Assembly: GCF_004010195.1 (NCBI RefSeq) | Contig: NC_057733.1 | Span: forward strand, 42,163,486 to 42,227,485 | DNA length: 64,000 nt | From: Chiloscyllium plagiosum | Lineage: Eukaryota | Reading direction: 5' to 3' | In this document: positions 1 through 10,906 of the stretch, piece by piece | Position numbering within the stretch: position 1 is the stretch's first letter | Layout: every line of letters begins with the position of its first letter | The notes under the pieces: model-generated | Seen by the model: only the letters and a program-made list of their open reading frames with translations | What the model was told of the DNA's origin: nothing | Databases searched by the model: none | Translations under genes and position numbers: made by a program

Positions 1-1170
1 TGCTTTCTATAGTGCATCTATAAAAATTGACAGGAATCTTTGTGGAATTGCCAAATTTCCTTAGCCTTCTGAGGAAGTAGAGGTATTGTTGTGCTTTCTT
101 GACCATCGCATTAACGTGAGTGGACCGGGACAGATTGCTGGTGATCGCCACTCCCAGGAACCTGACCCTTTTTCAACCATCTCCACCTCAGCACCATTGA
201 TGGAGACAGGAGAGTGCCCTCTACTCCGCTTCCTGAAGTCATTGACCAGTTCCCTTGTTTTGCTGATGTTGAGGGACATTATTATCCTTACATCATGCCT
301 CTAAGCACTCTATCTCTTACCTGTATTTTGGCTCAGCATTGTTTGAGATCCAATTTATAACAGTGATATCATCAGCAAACTTGTAAGTGGAGATGGAGCT
401 GAATTTAGCCACACAGCGGTGAGTGTATAGAATGCATAGTAGGGGGCTGAGTACACAGCTTTGTGAGGCACCGGTGTTGAGATTATCATGGAAGAGGTGT
501 TGTTGCGTGCTCTCACAGATTGTGGTGTACAGATCCTCAACTTTCTGACCCAGTTACAGAGGGGGGGATGCCAAAACCTAGGTCTCGGAGTTTAGAGATA
601 GGTTTGTTTGGAATTACGATGTGAGAGAAAGTGAGGACTGCAGATGCTGGAGATCAGACTCAAAAAGTGTTGCGCTGGAAAAGCACAGCAGATCAGGCAA
701 CATCCGAGGAGCAGGAGAGTCAATGCTTCAGACACAAGCCCCACATTATGCCCTGAAATGTCGACTCTCCTGCTCCTTGGATGTTGCCTGACCTGCTGCG
801 CTTTTCCAGCACCACACTTTGACCGGAATTATGGTGTTGAAGGTGAAGCAGTAGTCAAGACAAGGAGTCTGACATAGGTATCCTTGTTATCCACATGTTC
901 CAGGGATGAGTGCAGGGCCAGAAAGATGGTATTTGCTGTGGACCTGTTGCACTAGTAGACGAATTGCAAGGTATCAAGTCAATCTGGGAGAGTGGAGTTG
1001 ATGAGAGCCATGGCTAACTTCTTAAAGAACTTCACAATTATGGAGATCAGAGTCAACAGTGTCATTGTTGGGCAGTAGTCATTCAGGCACGCTGCATGTT
1101 CTTTCTTTAGCACTGGGATGATGGCGGTCTTTTTGAAGCAGGGGACTTCAGATCATAGTAGGGAGAAGTT
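1..1170 (-). mobile_element. Decayed Rex1/Babar-like LINE RT fragment, interrupted by a hairpin element
   Basis: Minus strand reads KFADDIT (about 362-382), LNISKTRELVNDFRK...PVSING and a KKAQQ..YFLRRL-like segment, with frameshifts. Confidence 0.75.
623..824. mobile_element. Short inverted-repeat (Penelope-end-like) element with 13-bp TSD
   Basis: Arms GCTGGAAAAGCACAGCAG...GAGCAGGAGAGTC and their reverse complement. Flanks are ggaattacgatgt (610-622) and ggaattatggtgt (825-837). Confidence 0.7.
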
Positions 1171-2334
1171 AAAATTGTAGACTGTTTGTACAGATGAAAA
1201 GAGTCATGAAAGGAGGAAGAATCACTGTGAATATTCAGACAGACTTAATAGCTAAAATAGCCAAGAACAGCTTCCTCTGGAGGGTAATTGCACTGAGTAT
1301 CATTGTCATTTTGTGGTACACATTTTATGGGATCTTTTCAGTCTATTTATATTTTATTACAAAGATGTACTTTTTGACTAATGCATGACCCAATTTCTCT
1401 TTAAACTGAGTCTTGTAGCCAGAAGTCTGGCAGAGACAATTCCCTGGCTATGCCGAGTTAGCCTATGGGAGGGGGACTAATCGTTAGGGTGAAAATGGTA
1501 AAGCAAGCAGCTCTACCTGTGGGCTTAGCGTCCCTGGGTTTGGAAAAGCCAAATTCCTGCTCCTATTTGTCCAGTCCCAGAGCTGAAAGCATGTCAATAT
1601 GAATATCAGGCAAGAACAGATTAGAACTCACTTTCCAGATTCACTGTGAAGGATACTGTAACAGGTCACATGATCCAGCAAGAAACAAAGCTTTCAAAAA
1701 CATTGATAGAAGAAAAATATGAAGTACAGTTTAAGACAAAAAGCCAAGTATGATGGCAGTCACGTGACTTTAAATGAAAGGTTATTATAATTCCATCTAC
1801 CCCACCCCAACCTCCCCACATCAGTTGATGGCAATAATAGACATCTGATCCCAGTACGATTGTGGATCGGTAGATCATATGTTGAATCTTTGCTGCTGGT
1901 TACAGTGGCAGTTAATTCCTGAAATATATTCACACAAGGCTGAAAATGTTCTTTAACAACAGAACATAACATTACGACAAGTAGAGAACTCTTAACATAA
2001 ACATGAAAACAAAGTTTCAACCATTTTCCAACAGCTCTGTAACAGAGATTTGATGCCAAGGAAATATCATTCCTATATCAGATTTTTAATATCCTTAATT
2101 AATTGATGCTTTCCAATTTTCTTCCCCTTGCACTGTTGATTTTTTTTTAATTTACAATTCTTTCTGCATCTGTTAGCATAAATATTTCACTGTTCTGAAG
2201 ATCTAATATTTTCAATTCTAACTATTTGAAGATTTCTCGATAAACTCTCCAGGCTTGGAAGCTCCACAGACTAGATCACTCTTGGTGAGCTAGCTGGTTC
2301 CTCAGAACAGTACTGAGGGATTAAAAAAGGTTAG

Positions 2335-2520
2335 GTGAAAGTGAGGCCTGCAGATGCTGGAGATCAGAGTCAACATTAGAGTGGTGCTGGAAAAGCACAG
2401 CAGGTCAGGCAGCATCAGAGGAGCAGGAAAATCGATGAAGGGCTTTTGCCCGAAACGTCGATTTTCCTGCTCCTCGGATGCTGCCTGACCTGTTATGCTT
2501 TTCCAGCACCACTCTAATCT
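2335..2520. mobile_element. Same family: hairpin with about 60-bp arms and a hammerhead-like stem II in the loop
   Basis: Arms 2375-2436 and 2458-2519 are nearly perfect reverse complements. The loop is TGAAGGGCTTTTGCCCGAAACG. Confidence 0.75.
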
Positions 2521-4470
2521 GGATAAAAATGGTTGCTCACCCATTAAGAGAAAAACTGTTCTCTTCAGAAACTGGGAGTTCAGTTCAGAATCAACACCTT
2601 AAACCTTCTAAAATCAAACTAAACTAACTGCCTTAATGTGCTCAGTTGATCTGCAAGAAACCCAACAGGAAAAACATTTCATCAATAGTTAGTTAAATAA
2701 CACTATATTAACACTACAGGGTTCTCTCAGACATTCTAATGCAACCACCTGTTTTCTGAACTATTCAGGTCACTGTTCCAAATCAGCCTTCCATCCTTTT
2801 AAAAAAAAAAGGACTTCTCATAATCAACCTGAATCAGCCTCTACTTCAAAATCCTATGCAAAAATATGACATATAATTTACACTTTCTATCACAGGTTAC
2901 ATTGGACAAGTTCAAATGAGGACATTCAAGTTTCGGCTTTTTAAAATTTTAGGCCTGCATGACTGGGAACAGTTTCAACACCCAAAAAAACCTGAAAATA
3001 GTAGTGTCACCTCTACATGAACCTAGAACCACCAACACACTTGGCTGATTTGATAAGCATACAAATCGAGAAATAAATGAATGCACATATTATTAAACTC
3101 AATGTTATGAGCTTCCAAATATTTCACTGTCTAATATTCCAAATGCTAGACACTGTGTTTAAATCAATTCTATAATGAGCATCAAGTGGGTGGTGGAGTG
3201 GTAATATCACTGGATTATACCCCTGATCCACAGGCTGATGTCCAGGGGAACATAGCTTTGAATGTGAATTCAAGAAAAAAGATGAAATGAAAAGCTAGCC
3301 TAATGGAAATGGACATAATGTGTCAAATGTTGTTGAAAACCATCTAGTTCATTAATGCCCTTAGAGAAGGAAATCTGCTATCCTGGCACACATGTAACTT
3401 CAAACCCACCACAATACCGTTGACTCTTATCTGGGGATAAACAATGAACAATTCCGTTCAATTTTTGAAAATGTTGCTAGAAATGTAAAGTTCATTTAAC
3501 TTTATAAAAGATGAGTTCCAGATTTAATTCTGACACATTCAAATCTGTATTTTAGAAGTCAATAGCAAAAACTGATTTATATAGAAATTGTAATTGAACT
3601 GCTGGGATTAAGATGTTGTAGCATCAATTTATTGGACGTATTTCAGATTATTCAGGTTTCAAAGACACAGGTTCACATAATTTCACAAAAATTCAAGTTA
3701 TTGTTTCAAATTGAGGGAGGGTGAAGAAAACAAAGTCAGGCAATGCTATTTTAGGATGAGGATGATAATCACACAGGTCACCTGAACCAGTGAGGCAGAC
3801 ACACAAATACAACATGACTCAAAAAGGAACTACACAAATTTCTGTCAGCAAATAAAGTTCAGGATGGCTAGATTTTATACGAAACTGAATGAAAAGGCTG
3901 GCTGGGCTAATGGACTTTCTTTTTAATAATGGACGAAAAGTGTTACTGATTTGACGGTCAGAAAATGTTAGTATGAGATAATCTAACTCTAGTTTAAAAC
4001 ATGCTAAATGTTACAGTACTGTCACTGCGATTCTAATCAACACCATTACGTTTGTGATATTATGCACATTGCCATCATTTCATTCCCACTTGTACAGGGA
4101 AACATTAGCCCACTTGTAATCATTTTATTTTACATCATAACAGTGTGCATTATACTTGTATTCAGTTTTAAATTGGACTGAACCAGTTGAAAAGTTTCGC
4201 TGTGTTGTCTTATAGTGCCAATTTTTAAACAAGTAGTAAGGCCCAAATTTTCTATCCAAAAACACAACGTGGACAGTACAGCACTTAGTAGGAATATTCT
4301 TTAAAATAAGACCACACAATCATTGCAGGACATTAGGAAAGAGAACAGCAACATTGTGGTAGGTCAGAGTGCTGCAATTATATAGTCTATGTATTCAATT
4401 TGCATTCTAAATATTCAATTTGACCACTTCTCCTTGCTTATATTGAAGATATCTGCTTTTAAGTCATATG

Positions 4471-4674
4471 CAGGTGGTATCCAGGTTGCTAACGGGTTCC
4501 ATCCATAAGTACATTCCTAAGCCAACTTGTATGCAAGTGGTAACACAATAAAATAAAATGATACATGTTTGCAGGTCAGATCATGAAAATTAAACTGAAT
4601 ACACCCCTGCATGGGAAGCTATTCTTTAAGGACAAGGTTCATAACTCAGCTGCTTGTAAATCGGGGACCACCTG
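4471..4674. mobile_element. Tigger/pogo-like MITE
   Basis: Termini CAGGTGGT... and ...GGGGACCACCTG followed by TA. Confidence 0.5.
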
Positions 4675-4679
4675 TACAG

Positions 4680-5360
4680 TGTTGATATTCTGGACGTAGG
4701 TTTGCTCGCTGAGCTAGAAGGTTCATTTTACGACGTTTCATCACCTTACAAGTAACATCTTCAGTGTGCCTCTGAATGAAGCACTGGTGGTGTATCCCAC
4801 TTTCTATTTATATGTTTGAGTTTCCTACGATTGGTGATGTAATTTCCTGTGGTGGCATAGTTTCCTATTGTGATGTCATTTCCTGTTCTTTTCTCAGGGG
4901 GTGGTAAATGGGATCCAAGTCAATGTGTTTGTTGATAGAGTTCCATTTGGAATGCCATGCTTCTAGGAATTCTCGTGCGTGTCTCTGTTTGGCTTGTCCT
5001 AGGATGGATGTGTTGTCCCAGTCGAAGTGGTGTCCTTGCTCATCTGTATGTAAGGATACTAGTGAGAGTGTCCTGGTGGCTAGCTTTCTGCCTGTTTGTC
5101 CAATGTTGTGTTTGTTATAGTTCTTGCAAGGTATTTTGTAAATGACATTAGTTTTGCTTGTTGTCTGTATAGGGTCTTTCAAGTTTATTAGCTGCTGTTT
5201 TAGCGTGTTGGTAGGATTGTGGGCTACTATGCCAATGAACACAGTCCGCCCATTTCTGAGCAACAAATCCAACAATCAGACAAAACACGTCCAGAAACCT
5301 GGGCCACTCTCCTACATCAAAGACATCCCGGAAATGACTGCCAGACTACTCAGACCCCTT
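4680..5360 (-). mobile_element. Penelope-like element 3' fragment (GIY-YIG endonuclease plus terminal region) with an inverted 5' piece
   Basis: Reads NVIYKIPCKNYNKHNIGQTGRKLATR...HHFDWDNTSIL...REFLEAWHS...INKHIDLDPIY. The linker YIKDIPEMTARLLRPL is on the opposite strand at 5232-5360. Confidence 0.88.
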
Positions 5361-6430
5361 TGGATACAGAAATGGCTCAAAGTAGAAGACAGAGGGTGGT
5401 GGTGGAGGGTTGTTTTTCAGACTGGAGGCCTGTGACCAGTGGAGTGCCACAAGGATTGGTGCTGGGTCCTCTACTTTTCATCATTTATATAAATGATTTG
5501 GATGTGAGTATAACAGGTATAGTTAGTAAGTTTGCAGATGACACCAAAATTGGAGGTGTACTGGACAGCGAAGAAGGTTACCTCAGATTACAACAGGATC
5601 TTGATCAGATAGGCCAATGGGCTGAGGAATGGCAGATGGCATTTAATTCAGATAAATGTGAGGTGCTGCATATTAGGAAAGCAAATCTTAGCAGGACTTA
5701 TACACTTAATGGTAATGGTAAGGTCCCAGGGAGTGTTGCTGAACAAAGAGACCTTGAAGTGGAAATTCATAGCTCCTTGAAAGTGGAGTCGCAGGTAGAT
5801 AGGATAGTGAAGAAGACTTTTGGTATTTTTTCCTTTATTGGTCAGAGCACTGAGTAAAAGAGTTGGGAGGTCATGTTGCGGCTGTACAAGACATTAGTTT
5901 GGCCACTTTTGGAATACTGTGTGCAATTCTGGTCTCCTTCCTATTGGAAAGATGTTGTGAAACTTGAAAGGGTTCAGAAAAGATTTACAAGGATATTGCC
6001 AGGGTTGGAGGATTTGAGAGGCTAGGGCTGTTTTCCCTGAGCGTCAGAAGATGAGGGGTGACCTTATAGAGATTTATAAAATCATGAGGGGCATAGATAG
6101 GGTAAATAGACAAAGTCTTTCTTCCCTGGGGTTGGGGAATCCAGAACTAAAGGGCATACGTTTAGGTGAGAGGGGAAAGATATAAAAGAGACCTCAGGGG
6201 CAACCTTTTTTACACAGAGGGTGGTACGTGTATGGAATGAGCTGCCAGAGGAAGTGGTTGCGGCTAGTACAATTGCAACATTTAAAAGGCATTTGGATGG
6301 GTATATAAATAGGAAGGGTTTAGAAGGATATGGGCCAGGTGCTGGCAGGTGGAACTAGATTGGGTTGGGATATCTGGTCGGCATGGACGGGTTGGACCGA
6401 AGGGTCTGTTTCCATGCTGTACATCTCTAT
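5361..6430 (+). mobile_element. CR1 (HER1-like) LINE, 3' portion
   Basis: [23 protein letters not shown] and a typical 3' end (GAAGGGTCTGTTTCCATGCTGTACATCTCTATG). In-frame stops are present. Confidence 0.93.
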
Positions 6431-6529
6431 GAAAATGGTATCCACTTCACTGTCAATTGTATTCAGGCGTCATGCATCAGCCAAATAAACAGCAGCAGGA
6501 AATTAAACCAAAATAAACCAAAGAATGCT

Positions 6530-6720
6530 GAGAATAAAAAACAAAAATCAGAAATTGCTGGCGAAACTGAGCAGGTCAGGCAGCATCTGTGGAGAGAAAG
6601 TGGAGTTAACGTTTTGGGTCTACTGACTTTTCTCCAGCTCCAGCTGGAAACGTTAACTCCACTTTCTCTCCACAGATGCTGCTTGACCTCCTCAGTTTCT
6701 CCAGCAATTTATGATTTTGT
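6530..6720. repeat. Inverted-repeat element of a related hairpin family
   Basis: GCAGCATCTGTGGAGAGAAAGTGGAGTTAACG and its reverse complement CGTTAACTCCACTTTCTCTCCACAGATGCTGC. Confidence 0.65.
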
Positions 6721-8195
6721 GGCAGGAAATTAAAGCTTGGAGCTTCTGGAAGTATGAACCTAAAAAAAGTATTTCTAAATGTTCTGAAATTAGAGGAACT
6801 AGAAAACATATCGACCACTAAATGGGCTCGTTTCATGTATAATCCAAGAGCCTAAATATCAAAAGGTAAAAATGAACACCTCTAGTTTACTGAGGATTTG
6901 AAACTGAAACTTAAAAGAGATGTCCAAAAATAGTGGGATTTTCATTGGATTAATTTTGATTATATTAACTAGTTTGTGTTACCAAACATAGCAGACAGGA
7001 CCGCCTCATTTTGAGCAAGCTCAGTTACTAACAAGTCTTAAAACTTTCTGGCTATTAGTCCAATGCTAAGCAATCTCAACTTTCCAAAGTCTTCATTATC
7101 AGAACCACATGCACAGGCTTGATGCGACTTGATCGTTGAAAACTCACTTAATTGGTTTAAAAAGCCATGTTAAGACCTTCAAACATAAACCGGTGTTTAA
7201 ATAAGAGGACTGAAAGGAGTACAGTACTAACATCTGAAGGAGCTATAACATGATGATAACAGCTAAACCACCCACTGCCTGCACCATTAAGTTGCATGTT
7301 CCCTCACCATGGATACACACAACACGGCCTCTTATTGACAGCTCATTTCAATAAGATTTGCCTGAAGGATTTTAGTTCTCATCTTAACCTTTATAGAAAT
7401 AAAGTCCAACTTATGAAATTTTACAATATTTCAATCATTGTATTCAGTACAATTATAAATTATGAAACAAAAAATTTTACTGGGAGAATATTCCTCCAAG
7501 TGCTACTACAGAGGGCAGAAGAGAGGCAATGACCTAGAAGTACATGACAAATAGATTTCAGCTTTAGCTCATTTTGGTGCAAAAATTGCCTCATATGCAC
7601 AGAAAAGAAATTAAATAATCATTTCCAGGAACTCATCATTAGGACTCCTTCAAATATAGTGTGACAAAAATTATAATTAACACAAGCTGTTTGTAGTTAT
7701 TTTACATTAGATCTGAAGTACAAATATCCTCAGTGGTTTTACTAATTGAGAAAACCAAATTAGTGTCAATCATCACTTTCCTTAACTAAATATAATTTAA
7801 TAAGCCATTCATTTTCCTAATGCTGCAGTCTTTGGCTAAAATATAAGGTTAATGTGGCATAGAAATAAAAATGTTATTCATGTTAATTAGAATTTTTAGT
7901 AAAACCTAGAATTATTCAACCATGTTTAAATGTATTCTGTTTCCTCACTATATTATGTTACAAACTCATTTCCATCAGCTACTTCACTGAATATGCACAA
8001 CACCTGGATCCATTTCCCACTGTGGGTATGCATCAGGCTCAAAGATGTCACTTCAATAAAGGAAAAATACAGTTGATGCTGAAAACCTGAAGAGTCAGAC
8101 CAACTTGAAACATGAACTGTGTCTGTGCGTGTCTCTCTCTCTCTCCCTCATAGATGCCACCAGACCTGCTGAGTTTCTCCAGCATTTTCTATGTT

Positions 8196-8647
8196 TAGAG
8201 TCATAGAGTTGTACAGCATGGAAACAGACCCTTCAGTCCAACTTATTCATGCCAACCAGACATCCTAAATTAATTTAGTCCCATTTGTCAGCATTTGGCC
8301 CATATACCTCTGAACCCTTCCTATTCTTATACCCATCCAGATGCCTTTTAAATGTTGTAATTGTACCAGCCTCCACCACTACCTATGGCAGCTCATTCCA
8401 TACACATACCACCCTCTGCATGAAAAAGTTGCCCCTTAGGACCCTTTTAAATCTTTCCCTTCTCACCTTAGACCTATGTCCTCTAGGTTTGGACTCCCCC
8501 ACCCCAGGGAAAAAATCTTGACTATTCCCCTATCCATGCCCCTCATGATTGTATAAACCTCTATAAGGTCACCCCTCAGCCTCCGACAATCCTGGGAAAA
8601 TATCCCCAGCCTATTCAGCCTCTCCCTACAGCTCACACCTTCCAATT
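8196..8647 (-). mobile_element. CR1 LINE 3' end
   Basis: RERLNRLGIFS...RLRGDLIEVY, followed by a CTATGACTCTA tail. Confidence 0.9.
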
Positions 8648-8781
8648 CCTTTTGTGTCAATGATGTCACTACAAATTACATGATTGGAAAATACAATCAC
8701 CTAAATTACCCAATTCAACAAAAAACTATTAAAACAAAACTTACTCGTCAAATTTAATTCCTCAACCATGATCATCAAAAC

Positions 8782-8945
8782 CAATTATCTGATCATTTAT
8801 CCCGCTGTTGTCACAGGAACTTGCTGTGCAAAACTGGCTGAACTGTTTGCCTACCTGAACAACACTACTACACTCCGGCATTGTCTAGTTGGCTGTGTCA
8901 TGGATTAGGATATCCTGTGGATGTGAAAAACACAGGTGCAAATAG
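8782..8945 (+). mobile_element. Ancient DeuSINE (SacSINE1/AmnSINE-like) remnant
   Basis: ATTATCTGATCATT...GGAACTTGCTGTGCAAAACTGGCTG...CTACACT...TTGGCTGT resembles the recalled Deu-domain 3' consensus. Confidence 0.5.
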
Positions 8946-9992
8946 ATAGGACAGAGGTCGTGTTACAAATTTCACGATCGTTTTAATAAACAATTTAATA
9001 TCTAAGATAGTTCTGAAAATGTTGTAATTCCTAATGATCATAAACATTTCCCAGTATTGATAATTCCGTCTTTAAGTCTAAGACATGGTGTTGAGTCTAC
9101 TCCAATTGGGACAGGACTGCCTCGTTCGAATGATCCAAAGTCATAGACTGTCAACACAATAGACTCAGTCACGTAGTAATAAATGGAATCCAAAAGGGAA
9201 TTGAAGTAAATAAAAAGAGGCGGGGGACATAACCCATACTAAAGTACGTAAAACAGTAACTAGGAAATATGTCATCGTCATCCTTTCCATGGGTTCACAT
9301 AATTCAATGGACTTGAAGCAAAAGTCCCATAAATGCCGAAGCTGATAAAATCTGGCACTGAACTTCAATTGAAAGATAATGCACAAGTTGCCAACGAAGA
9401 CGATCAGACTATTACAGTCTGGACATGGGCTAAATACGACATTGCTTGTGTAAAAGGTGCTGTACCCCACCTCTCATTTGGAGTTTTCAGCGAACATTTC
9501 AAATAAAAACAATAGAACCTTGTTCACTCCCCTCACTAACATCCTAAGCACAAATGAATAAAGAGGTGGTGGGATTTGTTTATGGATGCGGGTAATTATT
9601 CAAAGCAAGCGCTCCTTCCAAAGATGACTTGTGGCTAAAAGGTTTCTTTTTCAAAAAATAAAAGAGTCACTGAAAGGTGTCCAGGGGCTGCGATTCTGAA
9701 TGGGCCACCAACAGAGTTCCAGTGCGAGCCATGGAGGGGGGTTGTGTCATTGAATTGCTGGCGGCGACAGATGCCTCCAGCCTTTGTGAGTTGCAGGCGA
9801 TAAATGGTCAATTCACACAGACATGACAATTTTTCCATGTTTGAGAGAGCCGAACTCTAATATTAGAATCTTGTTTTTTAAAATGTGATTGTTTCTCTAC
9901 AACATCCATGCCAGAGTGTTGCAAGTGACGAATAATCACTAATATTAATGCAATCGATAAAGAGACACTTCTAGCCTAGTTTAGAATTCGAT

Positions 9993-10377
9993 ATGCAAAT
10001 ATATTATTGATAGCGTTATATATTTCAACTGAAACGTAAGTGTTGGTCGATTTTTTTTGCAAATCAGTAAATTACTTTAATTGCAATTTTGTTTGACTCA
10101 TGCATTTCGACTTTTTGTTTCGACGGACTGCATGTTTGTAAGAAGTTAATACATTTAAATCGTGTTTAAAAGAAATGCTTTCAATGCAAATTACAGTGGC
10201 GTGCAGTTTCTCATGGATTCAACGCATTTAAACACTGACCCCCTTTACGTAATATATTAGCACCTCGATCTGTTTGCAAAAAAGCACCCTGAGCTTAGTA
10301 ATCGGAATGCAAATACGTCAGTGACCAGCTGAACAGCAAAACCCAGCCTTAGGATCCTCTGTCTGCAAAATGCAAAT
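9993..10377 (+). promoter_or_regulatory. Cluster of four perfect octamer (ATGCAAAT) motifs in proximal MAP2K6 intron 1
   Basis: ATGCAAAT at 9993, 10184, 10307 and 10370, all in the same orientation. Confidence 0.55.
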
Positions 10378-10538
10378 TCAGTGTGTTCAGCTAAAACAGG
10401 AAATGCAATCAGCTCTGCAAGCCTTGAAACTTAGCACTGACATTGCAAAGCTCAAGGTGCACCAATGCATTTTGCATTAAGCACAGGTCTTTTTGCATTC
10501 TACCCAAATATCTCTCCATATATCTGTGCAAACCTTAC

Positions 10539-10557
10539 CTCCTTTTGACAGCGACAT
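10539..10557 (-). CDS. MAP2K6: MAP2K6 (MKK6) exon 1 coding part, MSLSKG plus phase-1 G; intron 1 runs toward and past position 1
   Basis: AAAATGTCGCTGTCAAAAGGAG|gtaagg has a strong donor. Human MAP2K6 exon 1 encodes MSQSK(G) with a phase-1 intron. Leader blocks AAGTTTGGAGCT, ATCATGTAGCTGCAGC, TTGCATCTTTGTTGCAAA and AAGGCAAAGTCTTTTGTG match the human MAP2K6 5'UTR as I recall it. I did not find exon 2 in the window. Confidence 0.85.
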
Positions 10558-10850
10558 TTTTTTCTTTTTTTTCCCCCTGCTGGGAGGGGAGGGGGAGGGG
10601 ATCACAAAAGACTTTGCCTTTTCAGCTTTGCAACAAAGATGCAAAAGCTTGCTGCTTCCCAATTTTCATCCACCTGGGAATCCTGAGCGATTTTTTTGCA
10701 GCTGCGAGCTATGCAGAGGGAATGGCCGTTTGCATAACTCGGAAGCAAGCTGCAAGCAGCGGAAGATTTGCAAATGCAAAAAGCTGTTCGGTAATTACGG
10801 AGCTGCAGCTACATGATCGGCCGGAGCTGAGTTCACCAGCTCCAAACTTC
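10558..10850 (-). other. MAP2K6: MAP2K6 5'UTR (approximate) with conserved blocks and uORFs
   Basis: Locally CpG- and GC-enriched, and resembles the recalled mammalian MAP2K6 leader. The TSS position is inferred. Confidence 0.75.
10622..10669 (-). other. uORF MKIGKQQAFASLLQS* in the MAP2K6 leader
   Basis: Read directly as ATG AAA ATT GGG AAG CAG CAA GCT TTT GCA TCT TTG TTG CAA AGC TGA, ending 64 nt before the main ATG. Confidence 0.7.
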
Positions 10851-10887
10851 TCAGCGTGTCATCACGTTCTTCCTGCTGGAGAAGAAA

Positions 10888-10906
10888 GCATTGTGGGAAT
10901 TGTAGT
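10888..10906 (-). promoter_or_regulatory. ZNF143/Staf (THAP11-associated) promoter motif ACTACAATTCCCACAATGC
   Basis: Near-perfect match to the ACTACAnnTCCCAnnATGC promoter motif, directly upstream of the inferred MAP2K6 leader. Confidence 0.8.

Noticed and set aside
9993-10906. Octamer plus Staf site suggesting an snRNA-type gene
   Set aside because: There is no recognisable snRNA body or PSE, and the motifs flank a protein-coding first exon.
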